Shown in pieces: positions 18,931 to 29,254 of a stretch of DNA of 64,000 nucleotides; within the stretch, counting starts at the first letter, position 1; every line of letters begins with the position of its first letter. The translations under genes and the position numbers were made by a program. The stretch lies in the NCBI GenBank assembly GCA_965602015.1, contig OZ271918.1, positions 1,280,001-1,344,000 of the forward strand, written 5' to 3'. The notes beneath the pieces are model-generated. The model had not been told where the DNA came from. It ran no database searches and was given only the letters and a program-made list of their open reading frames with translations. This DNA comes from Salinispira sp. (GTDB lineage: Bacteria > Spirochaetota > Spirochaetia > DSM-27196 > Salinispiraceae).

Positions 18931-19355
18931 GTCCGTCCAATCAGGAACGACTTTTTCAAAAGTCTTACGCCATGGAGTTGGTCAATATCGCCCGTGCAGA
19001 CGGCATGACAGCCCGCTATCTCCTCGAAGGTTTACGTTCGGGGAAAATACGAAACGAAAATTTTTTCTTTCAGGCTCAGCAGTGCATAGAAAAGGCGATC
19101 AAAGCGGTTCTGGTGCAGGTGGAGCAACCGGTTCCGCTGGTTCATGATCTGGGAATCCTCCTGGCCAAGGTTCCCCGGCAATTCGAGCCTCCTTTCGGCT
19201 ATGAAATTGCCAGGCTGTCCGATTTCGCCGCAGTCAGGCGTTATGAAGAAAGCGTTCTGCAGTGGGGTGAGCAGGAAGCTGATGAGGCCATGACACTTGT
19301 CGAACAAGCGTTACGTTGGGCCGAGGCCATAATAACCGGGCCCGAGTCCCCCTAA
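18927..19355 (+). CDS. HEPN domain protein
   Basis: FQAQQCIEKAIKAVL..VHDLGILL..AAVRRY; ATGA coupling to the MNT gene. Confidence 0.88.
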   Translation: MSPSNQERLFQKSYAMELVNIARADGMTARYLLEGLRSGKIRNENFFFQAQQCIEKAIKAVLVQVEQPVPLVHDLGILLAKVPRQFEPPFGYEIARLSDFAAVRRYEESVLQWGEQEADEAMTLVEQALRWAEAIITGPESP

Positions 19356-19367
19356 TTACCCATCAGT

Positions 19368-19919
19368 TCATGGTCCTTCCACCCGCCGGTGAATCAGGTC
19401 CATGGCAACGAGTCCGGCTGCGGTACCGGCCAGGTCCCAGACAATATCCCTCCAGCTGAACAGACCGTAGTCAACCCAATCATACAGCTCTTTGCCAAGC
19501 CCCACCGAGATACTGATTCCCGCTGACCAGGCGAGAGCCAACTCATCGGGGGCATCAGTGGCAAACCCGTCACTGAGCGCCAGGTATGAGCCGCCGGTAA
19601 TAAGGAAACTCGCGGCAAAGTGATAGTACTTATCGGATGAAAACCTGGGATCATTCGGCTTCGTTTGCTCACCCGGCACCGTCGGTTCGGTCAACACGAT
19701 TAGGTCTGCCGTTTCGGCCAAAACCGTTAAGTCCGGCTGTTGAGACCACTGGGCTGGCAACGCACTGCTTTCCCGTGTTTCCTGACCAATAATTTCCCTC
19801 GGCACCGATAGTGCGTCTTGCCCATCCGCCAGAAGCCTCGGGCTGATCAGGAAGAACAAAAGGAGAATGTGGTGAAAATGTAGCTGTAGTTTCTCGCCTA
19901 TGGCCGTCGTGTTTTCCAT
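19368..19919 (-). CDS. YfiM/DUF2279-like membrane protein
   Basis: DKYYHFAAS..GLGKELYD..FSWRDIVWDLAG. Confidence 0.75.
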   Translation of the reverse strand: MENTTAIGEKLQLHFHHILLLFFLISPRLLADGQDALSVPREIIGQETRESSALPAQWSQQPDLTVLAETADLIVLTEPTVPGEQTKPNDPRFSSDKYYHFAASFLITGGSYLALSDGFATDAPDELALAWSAGISISVGLGKELYDWVDYGLFSWRDIVWDLAGTAAGLVAMDLIHRRVEGP

Positions 19920-20156
19920 AGTGCCCCCAAAACAGCTGATTTAAACCCTCTAACCTGTTAACCAGGGAGGATTTGCACGCCGTCCATTGCGCGCCAAGGC
20001 AAATCTTTAGGTTACTCCTTCTCACACAGTGTGTTACCACACCCAAATCAGCTGTTTTCGGGGCAGTTCGTATTTATTCTGTATTATACTTGGCTATAGA
20101 CACAACTGAACCGCCCCGGCTTTACCGGAGACAAAATCTTGTGAGAGGATGGAGTC

Positions 20157-20483
20157 ATGGTAAAGAAAAACAGCAGGTTTTCTGAGGAAGTTAAGGAGCG
20201 GGCAATCCGCATGGTATTCGCCGCCAAAGGTGAATATGATTCTCAGTGGGCCGCAATTGAGTCGATAGCTGAAAAGATAGGCTGTACTGCAGAGACGTTA
20301 CGGCGGTGGGTTCGCCAAGCCGAGAAAGATAATGGTAGTCGGGAGGGACTTACAACCGACGAGAAGAAGCGAATCAAGGAGCTCGAGCGGGAGAACCGGG
20401 AGCTCAAGAAAGCCAATGAGATTCTACGTCTGGCTTCCGCATATTTCGCGAAGGCGGAGCTCGACCGCCAACACAAGAAATAG
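20157..20483 (+). CDS. IS3 transposase OrfA
   Basis: SQWAAIESIAEKIGCTAETLRRWVRQAE..LERENRELKKANEILRLASAYFAKAELDR. Confidence 0.95.
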   Translation: MVKKNSRFSEEVKERAIRMVFAAKGEYDSQWAAIESIAEKIGCTAETLRRWVRQAEKDNGSREGLTTDEKKRIKELERENRELKKANEILRLASAYFAKAELDRQHKK

Positions 20484-20539
20484 TCTGCTTCATTGATGAA
20501 CACCGCGATGACTATGGGGTCGAGCCGATTTGTACTCAG

Positions 20540-21379
20540 GTGCCAATCGCTCCTTCGGTGTACTACGAACAGAAAAAGCGAGTAAAACACCCTGAAACAG
20601 CTCCCGCAAGGGTAAAGCGCGATGAAATCCTGAAGCCAGAGATCCAGAGGGTTTGGGATGAGAATTATGAGGTTTACGGCGTTCGCAAGGTCTGGCACCA
20701 GCTGAAGCGAGAAGGATTCCAGATCGCACGATGTACCGTGGCCCGTCTCATGGCTGTCATGGGGCTTAAAGGCGTCATACGAGGCCGCAAGGTGCGAACC
20801 ACAGTACCGGACCCGAAAAATGAACGTCCGCTCGATTTGGTGCACAGGGAATTCAGTGCCGACCGTCCGAATCAGCTGTGGGTGGCGGATTTCACTTATT
20901 GCGCGTCTTGGGTGGGTTTTGTATATGTGGCATTTATCATCGATGTATTTTCACGAATGATCGTCGGATGGCGTGCCTCGAGGTCCATGAGCGCAGAGCT
21001 GACGCTGGATGCTCTGGAACAAGCCCTGTGGGCAAGGCAACCTGAAAATGGGCTGATCCACCACAGTGATCGTGGGAGCCAGTATCTGTCAATCCGGTAT
21101 TCTGACCGCTTAGCAGAAGAAGGCATTGCCCCATCTGTTGGGAGTGTAGGCAGCTCATATGACAACGCGCTGGCTGAAACCATAAACGGACTGTACAAAT
21201 CCGAAATGATCTACCGTAAAGGACCGTGGAAAAACCTGGATGCTATTGAGGCTGCTACGCTGGAATGGGTAAGCTGGTACAACAATAAACGGATTTATGA
21301 AATCCTGGGATATATGCCTCCGGCAGAGTTTGAGAAGGCATATTATGATCAACTGCAAGACGCAGCCAGCGGGCTGTAG
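20540..21379 (+). CDS. IS3 transposase OrfB (rve integrase); probably fused to OrfA by -1 frameshift, so the true frame begins further upstream
   Basis: LWVADFTY, HHSDRGSQY, DNALAETINGLYK (DDE); T-TTC slippery tetramer near the end of orfA. Confidence 0.93.
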   Translation: MPIAPSVYYEQKKRVKHPETAPARVKRDEILKPEIQRVWDENYEVYGVRKVWHQLKREGFQIARCTVARLMAVMGLKGVIRGRKVRTTVPDPKNERPLDLVHREFSADRPNQLWVADFTYCASWVGFVYVAFIIDVFSRMIVGWRASRSMSAELTLDALEQALWARQPENGLIHHSDRGSQYLSIRYSDRLAEEGIAPSVGSVGSSYDNALAETINGLYKSEMIYRKGPWKNLDAIEAATLEWVSWYNNKRIYEILGYMPPAEFEKAYYDQLQDAASGL

Positions 21380-21458
21380 TCATACAAAACACTCTCCGGG
21401 ATTCCCGGGGCGGTTCACAACCGGTGTCTGAGGATACCCGTAGAAAGAGAGAAAACCA

Positions 21459-22376
21459 ATGATCAATTATGCCTGGGAAAACCTGCCAGAGCTTAACTAT
21501 GACGAATGGGAGTCCAGCAGAACGACTCTTCACCTGTATGCCCAAATGGTCGGCAAGGCGCTGTTAAAGCTGGCCATCCGGCGCAACCACTGGTGGCATG
21601 CCACATTTAAAGTGAGCCCCCGTGGCCTGGTAAGCGATCCCTTCCCGCTGGGCGGCGGTTTCGGGCAATTCGAGTTCGATCTTGCGAAAGGGGCTTTCCG
21701 GGTCCTGCGAAGCGGCAGGGGAGAACGGGCCTTCGCTCTTGAAACTGGATTAAGTGTGTCGGATTTCTATGGAAGTTTTGTGGCAGCAGCGGCTGAGCTG
21801 GATATCAGCGTAGGTCTGGACATTCCCGAGCCCTACGACCACCCGTCATCGATACCCTTCGAAAAGGATTCCCAACATGCCGGATATGAGGGCGAATCGG
21901 TTTCCGTATTTTTTGAGATTCTGAGCTTCAGTTCTGCGGTTCTGGAGGAGTTTGCCTCGGGCTTTAGCGGCAAACGTTCCCCGGTTCAGCTGTTTTGGCA
22001 TCACCTGGATCTGGCGGTAAACCTGTACAGCGGGGCATCCTTGGGCTCGGGCGCAGGAATGAATACCAGCAGCCGGGATGCATTTTCCCACGAGGTTTTC
22101 GGGGCGGGTTTTAAAAGCGGCGATCAGTTTATTACCGAGCCGTATTTTTTTGCCTATATTTTTCCTGCAGATGAAACCCTGTTTGCCAATCGCCTAAGCG
22201 ACCCGGCTGCCTATTGGAGCGACAAGGCGGGAATGTACCGGGCAATACTGCCGTACCACGAGCTGCGCAGACGTAACAGTTTTCGGGCTGACCTGCTGTC
22301 CTTCCTGCGCAACTCTTATGAGATAATGGCCGCCGCACGGCACTGGGATACCGAATCCCTGAAATATTCACCCTGA
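21459..22376 (+). CDS. DUF5996 family protein
   Basis: TLHLYAQMVGK..NHWWHAT..F GKRSPVQLFWHHLDLAV..EPYFFAYIFP. Confidence 0.8.
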   Translation: MINYAWENLPELNYDEWESSRTTLHLYAQMVGKALLKLAIRRNHWWHATFKVSPRGLVSDPFPLGGGFGQFEFDLAKGAFRVLRSGRGERAFALETGLSVSDFYGSFVAAAAELDISVGLDIPEPYDHPSSIPFEKDSQHAGYEGESVSVFFEILSFSSAVLEEFASGFSGKRSPVQLFWHHLDLAVNLYSGASLGSGAGMNTSSRDAFSHEVFGAGFKSGDQFITEPYFFAYIFPADETLFANRLSDPAAYWSDKAGMYRAILPYHELRRRNSFRADLLSFLRNSYEIMAAARHWDTESLKYSP

Positions 22377-22395
22377 GTGGGAAGGCGAGGGGATG

Positions 22396-23565
22396 TTAGC
22401 GCATCCCCTCCATTCCTTTTGCTATTTCCCCGGCGATGCTTTCAAAAACCTGATCAAAACTGCCCTCGCCGTTTACCTTTTTTACTCCGTGCAGCTCCTG
22501 ATACTTTTCAATAACCGGCACCGTTTTGTCCTGGTGGTCCTGGAGCCGGCGGACGATTTTTGACATTTCGCTGTCATAGGGCCTCATGTCGTCGGTTTGC
22601 CGGCGCTCGTCCAGTCGCCTGATAAGTTCCAGGGTCGGCACCTCAATTTCAATAACCTGGGAAATAAAGGTTTTGTGTTTTTTTAATAGGCCGTCGAGGA
22701 TGTATGACTGAACGAGGGTTCGGGGAAAGCCTTTGAAGATGAAGCCTTTGGCTTCGGTTGATTGTTCGAGCTTTTTCTCGATGAGCTGAACGATTATTTC
22801 ATCGGGAACCAGTTCGCCCTTGTCGTATATCTCCCGGACCCGTTTGCCGATGTCGCTGCCGGCAGCGATTTCTTCGGCCAGCATGGTACCGGTTGCCACG
22901 TACTCAAGGCCGAATTTTTGCGCCAATGCTTTTCCCTGAGAACCCCGCCCGGAACCCGGATACCCGAACAGGACGATGTTGTACAGGCTGTTCTTCAACT
23001 CGTCGCGGATGATATCCCGGATGTCAGAGGTGACTTTTGAGATGTCCTGATTTCCGTTAACCTGCCGCAGAACGCCCCGGTCCTTGTAGAAATCCAACAC
23101 CGGAAGGGTTTTGTCGTAGTATTCCTTGAGCCTGTTTCGGATGACTGTTTCATTGTCATCCATGCGTCCCGAGGTCTTCCCGCGGTTCATCAACCGGGAT
23201 ACCGACTCTTCCTCTTCTACCTCCAAGCTGATGAGGCAATTGAGCGAGGTATTGAGCTTGATCATCAGCCCCTCGAGAATATAGGCCTGAATGTAGGTTC
23301 GGGGAAATCCGTCAAACAGGAATCCCTTGGAGCCTGGATGACTGACAATGGTTTTTTCTATGATCTGGACGATGATTTCATCTGATACCAGCCCCCCTGA
23401 GGCGATGATGCTCTTGGCCTCCAGCCCCAGCCTGGACTCCTGGGCGATTTCATTCCTGAGGATGTCGCCGGTTGAAATGTAAAAGAGATTGTACTCTTTT
23501 CTCAGAAATTCCGATTGGGTTCCTTTGCCGGCTCCCGGAGGGCCGAACAATGCAATGTTTATCAT
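22396..23565 (-). CDS. adk: Tandem (two-domain) adenylate kinase
   Basis: Domain 1: GPPGAGKGTQ, STGDILR, DGFPRT, GRMDD; domain 2: GYPGSGRGSQ, ATGTML, KGFPRT. Confidence 0.9.
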   Translation of the reverse strand: MINIALFGPPGAGKGTQSEFLRKEYNLFYISTGDILRNEIAQESRLGLEAKSIIASGGLVSDEIIVQIIEKTIVSHPGSKGFLFDGFPRTYIQAYILEGLMIKLNTSLNCLISLEVEEEESVSRLMNRGKTSGRMDDNETVIRNRLKEYYDKTLPVLDFYKDRGVLRQVNGNQDISKVTSDIRDIIRDELKNSLYNIVLFGYPGSGRGSQGKALAQKFGLEYVATGTMLAEEIAAGSDIGKRVREIYDKGELVPDEIIVQLIEKKLEQSTEAKGFIFKGFPRTLVQSYILDGLLKKHKTFISQVIEIEVPTLELIRRLDERRQTDDMRPYDSEMSKIVRRLQDHQDKTVPVIEKYQELHGVKKVNGEGSFDQVFESIAGEIAKGMEGMR

Positions 23566-23739
23566 GGCGTCTCCCGCAGCGCATGTGGGTACATACCAGC
23601 GCTTAAGACAGCTTACAGGCAAATGAGCGATATTGCACTTTTTTATTTACCAGGCGTGCCAATCTGTACTATCTCTTTTGCTGTACGGGTCATTTCTCCG
23701 CTGATTTATTATACTTTGGAAGTATACATAAGGAAGATT

Positions 23740-24771
23740 ATGAAAAACGTCGTAAACCGGGCTTCCATCAGCCTTAACCGGATAATTACTGTCCTGCTGC
23801 TGTTTCTCGCACTTTCCCTGGCGTTAATTCTCGTCGTGTCATCCACGGTCCGGGAGTTTTCTGCAGCGATTAATGACAGCGGGCGGGTGCGGGGCGGCAT
23901 TCAAAAAACCCTCGTCACGGCCTTGAGCGGAGAGTCGATAGAGGCTGACGCTGCGTTCATCGACAATGTGATCAGCTCTCTAAGCAGTTTTACCGGCAGA
24001 TACTCATTGCTCTTTAGCTCCGCTGACATTCGCCGCATTGACAGCCTTAACCGCCGATGGAGTGAGGCTCGAAGCGTTATCAGCAGAGGGGTAGGCGTTG
24101 ACGTTCCGATGATTAAAACCCTCAGCGACGAATTGTGGACCCTCGCCGATGAAAACGTCAGCGCCATCGAGCAGACCTCCCGGAGATTCATAAACTTCCT
24201 CTATGTGGCGATCTTTATTATCAGTACGGCGATTATCGCCCTGCTGCTGCTCATCGTCGTTGTGCGCAAACTGGTTTCAGAGCGGATAGAAAATCAGGCT
24301 TCCAGAGACCAGCTTACGGGTATGTACAACCGGAATTTCTTCAAGGAAATCGTCGATCATCGCATCCACGAGTTGAGCACCGAAAGCGCTTTTTTGGTTG
24401 TGGTTCTCTGCGATATAGATCATTTCAAATCAATTAACGACACCCGGGGGCATGACGAAGGTGACCGTATCCTAAAAAAAACCGCCGATTCAATCCAGGG
24501 GGCAATCCGGGAAAGCGATATTGCCTTCCGCTACGGCGGTGAAGAATTCCTGGTTCTGGGAAACATCGCCCAGGCCGCTGACATCGCGGCATTTTGCGAG
24601 CGGATTCGAAGCAGGGTGGAAAGCGACAGTGCCGGCGATGTGAGCATTAGCGTGGGAGCAGTCATACACCCGCCGCGCAGCGATATCCAGGCCTCAATTA
24701 AAGCGGCGGATACCGCCCTGTATGAGGCAAAGCATGCCGGGCGCAACCGAGTGGTCATTGCCGGTTCTTAA
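23740..24771 (+). CDS. Membrane diguanylate cyclase with PilJ/NarX-like sensor
   Basis: Two TM segments, INDSGRVRG, DQLTG, DIDHFK, RYGGEEF. Confidence 0.92.
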   Translation: MKNVVNRASISLNRIITVLLLFLALSLALILVVSSTVREFSAAINDSGRVRGGIQKTLVTALSGESIEADAAFIDNVISSLSSFTGRYSLLFSSADIRRIDSLNRRWSEARSVISRGVGVDVPMIKTLSDELWTLADENVSAIEQTSRRFINFLYVAIFIISTAIIALLLLIVVVRKLVSERIENQASRDQLTGMYNRNFFKEIVDHRIHELSTESAFLVVVLCDIDHFKSINDTRGHDEGDRILKKTADSIQGAIRESDIAFRYGGEEFLVLGNIAQAADIAAFCERIRSRVESDSAGDVSISVGAVIHPPRSDIQASIKAADTALYEAKHAGRNRVVIAGS

Positions 24772-24831
24772 AGCACACAAGCAGAGGTTAGCAGGTCTTT
24801 TTTGGAACACACTGATCGCGCAGGTTTTTGA

Positions 24832-25974
24832 TTATTTGGCTTCCTCCTTCATCTTGTACATCTGCCGGTCCACATGGGTGTACAGAGACTTGAGGTCCGA
24901 AAAGCGCTTGGGATCGAATATGGTGTACCCCACGCTGAGACTGATGGTATACGGAGCCTGACTTTTTTCATTTTCAAGGCGGATGCCTTCATGCACCCGC
25001 TTGACCAAGCCTTGAATTGCCTCCTCATCATCGCAATCGACCAGTATAAGAAACTCGTCCCCGCCAAAACGGGATATTCGGTCGCGTTTTTTGAATGACC
25101 TGATAAACAGATTCGCGACGGTAATAAGGGCCTGGTCTCCTTCGTAGTGGCCGTGCTCGTCGTTGATTTGCTTGAACCGGTCGAGGTCCACCATGAGGAG
25201 GGCAAACCCGCCGTTCTTTTTGTAGCTGGAGATCCGGTAGCTCACGGCTTCTTCGATTTGCTGGCGGTTTAACAAACCGGTGAGAAAATCCCTGGTGTCT
25301 CTTCGGATTTCAAGGAATACGTAGCTCACCAAAATCGCCAGGGTTATTGACGGCCAAAACGCCGTAACCCCGAACAGGATTACCTGCAGGGCGAAACCGA
25401 CAATGGGTATGATGCTGAAAAAGAGCATGGTACCAAACACCAGTTTTTTTAGCTGATTGCGATTACGAAGGGCGATTATGAGGATAAGAAAGATGAGGGT
25501 GACGCTCACCGCGGTGTACGCATACAGGCCCGGTTGGCGATGATACACATTCGCATCGTCCACATAAAAAAGAAAGTTGGTTAACGGGGTGATTAGCACC
25601 ATGATTACTATCAGAACGTATGGTTGGAGATAGTACCACTTCTTTCGCAGCCGCGTTGCCGAGCCATAGATGACATAGTCGAAGTAATTGATCCAGGCAA
25701 TGGCCGGTAAGGGACTGAACAAGAGGTACAGGTAATTGCTCCCATATACCAACCATCGGAGCCCCGGGTCCGTGTGTCCGTCTGCTATCCAGGTAAGAAT
25801 TTCCAGGAAGAGCACACCAATGGTGCTCCAGGCGAGCAGTTTGAAAATTCTGGTTTGGCTGGCATCCCCCTCCCCGCGAAACCGGTCGGCGTAGAGAATA
25901 ACCATGAGAAGCAGAATCGCGTAGCCATTGAGATCTATGGTTCTGATCTGTTCAATTAACCAGCTTCTCCACAT
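24832..25974 (-). CDS. Multi-TM diguanylate cyclase
   Basis: About seven TM helices; DFLTGLLNR, DLDRFK, RFGGDEF. Confidence 0.93.
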   Translation of the reverse strand: MWRSWLIEQIRTIDLNGYAILLLMVILYADRFRGEGDASQTRIFKLLAWSTIGVLFLEILTWIADGHTDPGLRWLVYGSNYLYLLFSPLPAIAWINYFDYVIYGSATRLRKKWYYLQPYVLIVIMVLITPLTNFLFYVDDANVYHRQPGLYAYTAVSVTLIFLILIIALRNRNQLKKLVFGTMLFFSIIPIVGFALQVILFGVTAFWPSITLAILVSYVFLEIRRDTRDFLTGLLNRQQIEEAVSYRISSYKKNGGFALLMVDLDRFKQINDEHGHYEGDQALITVANLFIRSFKKRDRISRFGGDEFLILVDCDDEEAIQGLVKRVHEGIRLENEKSQAPYTISLSVGYTIFDPKRFSDLKSLYTHVDRQMYKMKEEAK

Positions 25975-25976
25975 GA

Positions 25977-28900
25977 TTAGTCTCCTCCGGGCTCCACGTC
26001 ACGTGTACTAATTTCTCTGCCGGCGGACAATATTGCCCGCAGTTCGCTCAGGGGCATGGGCCGGTAGTAATAATATCCCTGGATTTCACCACAACCTCTG
26101 TCTTTCAGGAACTCGAGCTGCTCCTTTGTTTCGACGCCCTCTGCCACCACCGTCAGTCCGAGGTTGCGTGAGAGTTCAAGAATAAAACTTATAATAGCCG
26201 AGGCGCTGTCTCCAGAGGATATGCTGTCCACGAACTGCTTGTCGATTTTAATTTTGTCGATGGGTAAATCGCTGAGCCTGCCGAGGGAGGAGTATTCAGT
26301 TCCGAAATCATCTATTGAAATGGAAAAACCGATATGTTTGAGTTCATGGATCTGATCTGATATGGGTGTAAGCTCGCCCATAGCCAGCCGCTCGGTAATT
26401 TCGAGATCGAGCATGGCGGGTTTGAGCCGGTATTTCCTGACGCAATCGCGAACATGGTTAACCAAACCCGGATTGAGAAACTGCCTGAGCGAGAGGTTTA
26501 CCGAAACCTCGAGGTTTGCGACCCCTTGATCCATCAGGCTGCGCAGGTCGCGGCATGCTGTCTCGATGACCCAGTTTCCCACTGGATGAATGAGGTTGCT
26601 CTCCTCCACGATGGAAATGAAGTCAGCGGGAGGCACAATGCCTTTTTCCGGATGGTTCCAGCGGATCAGGGCTTCAAGACCGATGATGGTTCCGTCGGCG
26701 CTGGATACCTGCGGCTGGTAATAAAGCAGGAATTCTTCGCGATCCAGCGCGTCGTGCAGCTCATTGAGAATCTTCATCCGCTCAATTGATTGGCCTTCCT
26801 GCTGCGGCGAGTAGAAGGCAAAGCTGTTTTTACCGCTTTGCTTTGCGCCATACATCGCCTGATCGGCTTTTTTTATGAGCTGCTCGTTATCGACGCCGTT
26901 GGTCGGATACAGGGATATTCCCGCGCTGGCGGTAATCCGGTGGGGAACGCCCAGTATCTCCGTCGGCTCCTCGATGGCTCTGAGAATTTTCAGGGCGATG
27001 GTCTCCATATCGCTTTTTTGCTTGAGATGGGGAAAAATAAAGGTAAACTCGTCTCCGGCAAAGCGGGAAATCGTGTCGTATTCCCGAAGGCAGCTCTTCA
27101 TCCGCCGTGCGCTGATTTTTATGAGTTCGTCGCCGCCCTCATGGCCCAGGCTGTCGTTGACTATTTTAAAGGCGTCGAGATCGAGCAGCATCACTCCGAC
27201 CAGCCGTTCTTCCCTGCTCGCATAAGAGAGCTCTTCCTTGAGCCTGTCGCTGAACAGCACCCGGTTCGGAAGGCCGGTCAATGCGTCATACTTGGCCATG
27301 TACGCGATTTTCCGCTCCTTTGAAACCTTATCCAAAATATCGGAAAAAAGGAGGGCGATGGTTTTTAGGTTGGCGTGGGTCTCTGCGCTGTTCCCGTTGG
27401 TAAAATCCCGGGGCGGCGAATTGTAGCCAAGAATGAGGTATCCCAGCTGTTGTCTCGAATCCTCAAGCGGGCTGGCGTACAATACTCCCTCTGCTTCCAG
27501 TCTCGAAGCGAGCTGGGCCAAGGCTCCGGTCAGCCGGCAATCCGCCGTCGGGGCAAGGCTGATGGCACGGCTGCTGTCCACCAGCGACAATTGGCGTATT
27601 AACGCCTCGGGATGCGGAGCTTCTGCGGACTCCATGAGCGGCAGGCGGTTCCATTCCCTGAAGAATTCCAGATCGCCGGATTCATCTCCGTTGATCACGA
27701 TTGAAGCGTGGGCACAGCCGAAAAAATTCCCGCTGTCCCTGAGGATTTCCTCGAGCCTGCCTTCGATGCTTTCTGAAGTGACGTTCATGAGTTGCTGCGA
27801 TATGGCGGAAACCAGTTGGTAAAAGCCCGCAAATGCCGCCTGCTGAGACAGCCTGCGGCGGTAGATGCCCTGTATAAAAAGGGCGACTACCGCACCTCCG
27901 ATGTAAAAAAGGATCATAATGAGATAATCCATCGCTGCGATGGTGACTACAAGTTCGGGATTTCCTATCCAGGCCGATAACTGGGTGACCACCGCCGAAA
28001 TCAGGATGGTAATTATGAGACTCCGACGGCGAAACACGCTCGCTGCGTACAGAAACACCAGGGGAATCGGCCATGCGCTGTTAAACCCGTCGCCCCGGGC
28101 TGCCCATATCTGAAGGATGGGAATGGAAATTGCAACGATAAACGTCGCTGCGTTCTCCCGAAGCCCTTTGCTTATTCCTGTATGGGGAAGGAGCAAAATC
28201 ACCGTTCCCAGGGTGAAGATCAGGGCTGAAAACATGGAGGTCTCATACCATTGTGCAAGACCGAACACTATTCGAATGAAATTAATGACGGCGATGGCCA
28301 CCAAACTCAAGCCGAGGTTGCGAAAAAAGCGTTCCTGTTCCGGCTCGTCATCCAGAATCTCCGCAGAAATAGACGGAGCGGCCATGCCGCTAATTTCCCG
28401 TCGCTCCACACCGCGGTAAATTGCCAGTACGGTAATGGCTATGAGTATGGGAGCGGTAACCGGCGTTACCGTCCGGGAAAAATCGCGGGTAAAAATATCG
28501 GTAAGGCTTCCAACAGCCAATGCCAGCAATACCGCCAGCAGTATCAACAGGGCTCTCTTTCGCTTGCTTTTTTTCCGGTACGCCCACGATGAAATAACGA
28601 AGCCCACCATCGCCACATAGCCGATGTAGTACAAATTAAAAAACAGGGACCAGTCGGTGACGCGCCCGGCGTTCTGCCAGCCGAAAGCAGTCCAAACCAG
28701 CCGGTACTCGTCATTGGCAATTGAAGAAATCAGTGAGAAAACCAGTATGCTTACCAGCGCCGGGACATACAGCAGTATGCGCATAAAAACATTGCGCACC
28801 AAAAAGCGGTGCCCGGTTAAGATGAGGAAAAAATGAAGCAGTATTGCGTAGAAAGGGCTCCAGCCCAGGGCCGCAAAGCGCCGCCAGAACATGGCCTGGC

Positions 28901-29099
28901 TGAGGTTCGGCGCGCTTGCCGACAGGGCGATTCCCAGGGCCCAGGTTCCAAGGCATGTTGCCAGGGCGAAAAACAGCCTATTGGACAGGGCTTTGGAATT
29001 CAACGAAAGACCCCACACCCCGGTCAGGGAATAAGTGAAAAACGCGGCATTAAGGAGAAGCAGGTAGACTGATGCGGGAATCGACTGCAGCTCTGGCAT
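25977..29099 (-). CDS. Membrane GGDEF-EAL protein (N-terminal 7TM, GAF-like linker)
   Basis: DALTGLPNR, RFAGDEF, EALIRW, DDFGTEYSSL, AEGVET, QGYYY. Confidence 0.93.
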   Translation of the reverse strand: MPELQSIPASVYLLLLNAAFFTYSLTGVWGLSLNSKALSNRLFFALATCLGTWALGIALSASAPNLSQAMFWRRFAALGWSPFYAILLHFFLILTGHRFLVRNVFMRILLYVPALVSILVFSLISSIANDEYRLVWTAFGWQNAGRVTDWSLFFNLYYIGYVAMVGFVISSWAYRKKSKRKRALLILLAVLLALAVGSLTDIFTRDFSRTVTPVTAPILIAITVLAIYRGVERREISGMAAPSISAEILDDEPEQERFFRNLGLSLVAIAVINFIRIVFGLAQWYETSMFSALIFTLGTVILLLPHTGISKGLRENAATFIVAISIPILQIWAARGDGFNSAWPIPLVFLYAASVFRRRSLIITILISAVVTQLSAWIGNPELVVTIAAMDYLIMILFYIGGAVVALFIQGIYRRRLSQQAAFAGFYQLVSAISQQLMNVTSESIEGRLEEILRDSGNFFGCAHASIVINGDESGDLEFFREWNRLPLMESAEAPHPEALIRQLSLVDSSRAISLAPTADCRLTGALAQLASRLEAEGVLYASPLEDSRQQLGYLILGYNSPPRDFTNGNSAETHANLKTIALLFSDILDKVSKERKIAYMAKYDALTGLPNRVLFSDRLKEELSYASREERLVGVMLLDLDAFKIVNDSLGHEGGDELIKISARRMKSCLREYDTISRFAGDEFTFIFPHLKQKSDMETIALKILRAIEEPTEILGVPHRITASAGISLYPTNGVDNEQLIKKADQAMYGAKQSGKNSFAFYSPQQEGQSIERMKILNELHDALDREEFLLYYQPQVSSADGTIIGLEALIRWNHPEKGIVPPADFISIVEESNLIHPVGNWVIETACRDLRSLMDQGVANLEVSVNLSLRQFLNPGLVNHVRDCVRKYRLKPAMLDLEITERLAMGELTPISDQIHELKHIGFSISIDDFGTEYSSLGRLSDLPIDKIKIDKQFVDSISSGDSASAIISFILELSRNLGLTVVAEGVETKEQLEFLKDRGCGEIQGYYYYRPMPLSELRAILSAGREISTRDVEPGGD

Positions 29100-29156
29100 G
29101 GTTTAAATTTAGGGTAAGTCGTCGCGGAAATCCAATAAAATGTTTTAGAGCTAAGT

Positions 29157-29185
29157 AAAACCCCCCGGACCTCAAGCACGGGGGG
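29157..29185 (-). terminator. Probable intrinsic terminator downstream of the CARDB lipoprotein gene
   Basis: CCCCCCG/CGGGGGG stem followed by TTTT on the minus strand. Confidence 0.5.
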
Positions 29186-29219
29186 AGTGAACGCATGGAC
29201 CCTGGATCAACTGGGCTAT

Positions 29220-29246
29220 TACCCATCCCCGCGAGGGGGATGGGTA
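29220..29246. terminator. Strong hairpin just after the 29255 stop codon
   Basis: TACCCATCCCC-GCGAG-GGGGATGGGTA, 11-bp stem. Confidence 0.6.
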
Positions 29247-29254
29247 TTTCATAA

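Larger units (their letters stand above)
20107..21417 (+). mobile_element. IS3-family element (IS51/IS629-like), intact
   Basis: IRs TGAACCGCCCCGG / CCGGGGCGGTTCA; 4-bp target duplication CAAC (20103-20106, 21418-21421); orfA plus orfB. Confidence 0.97.

Noticed and set aside
29100..29254. Possible c-di-GMP riboswitch upstream of the GGDEF-EAL gene
   Set aside because: Only simple terminator-like hairpins are visible; I could not find GEMM consensus features.
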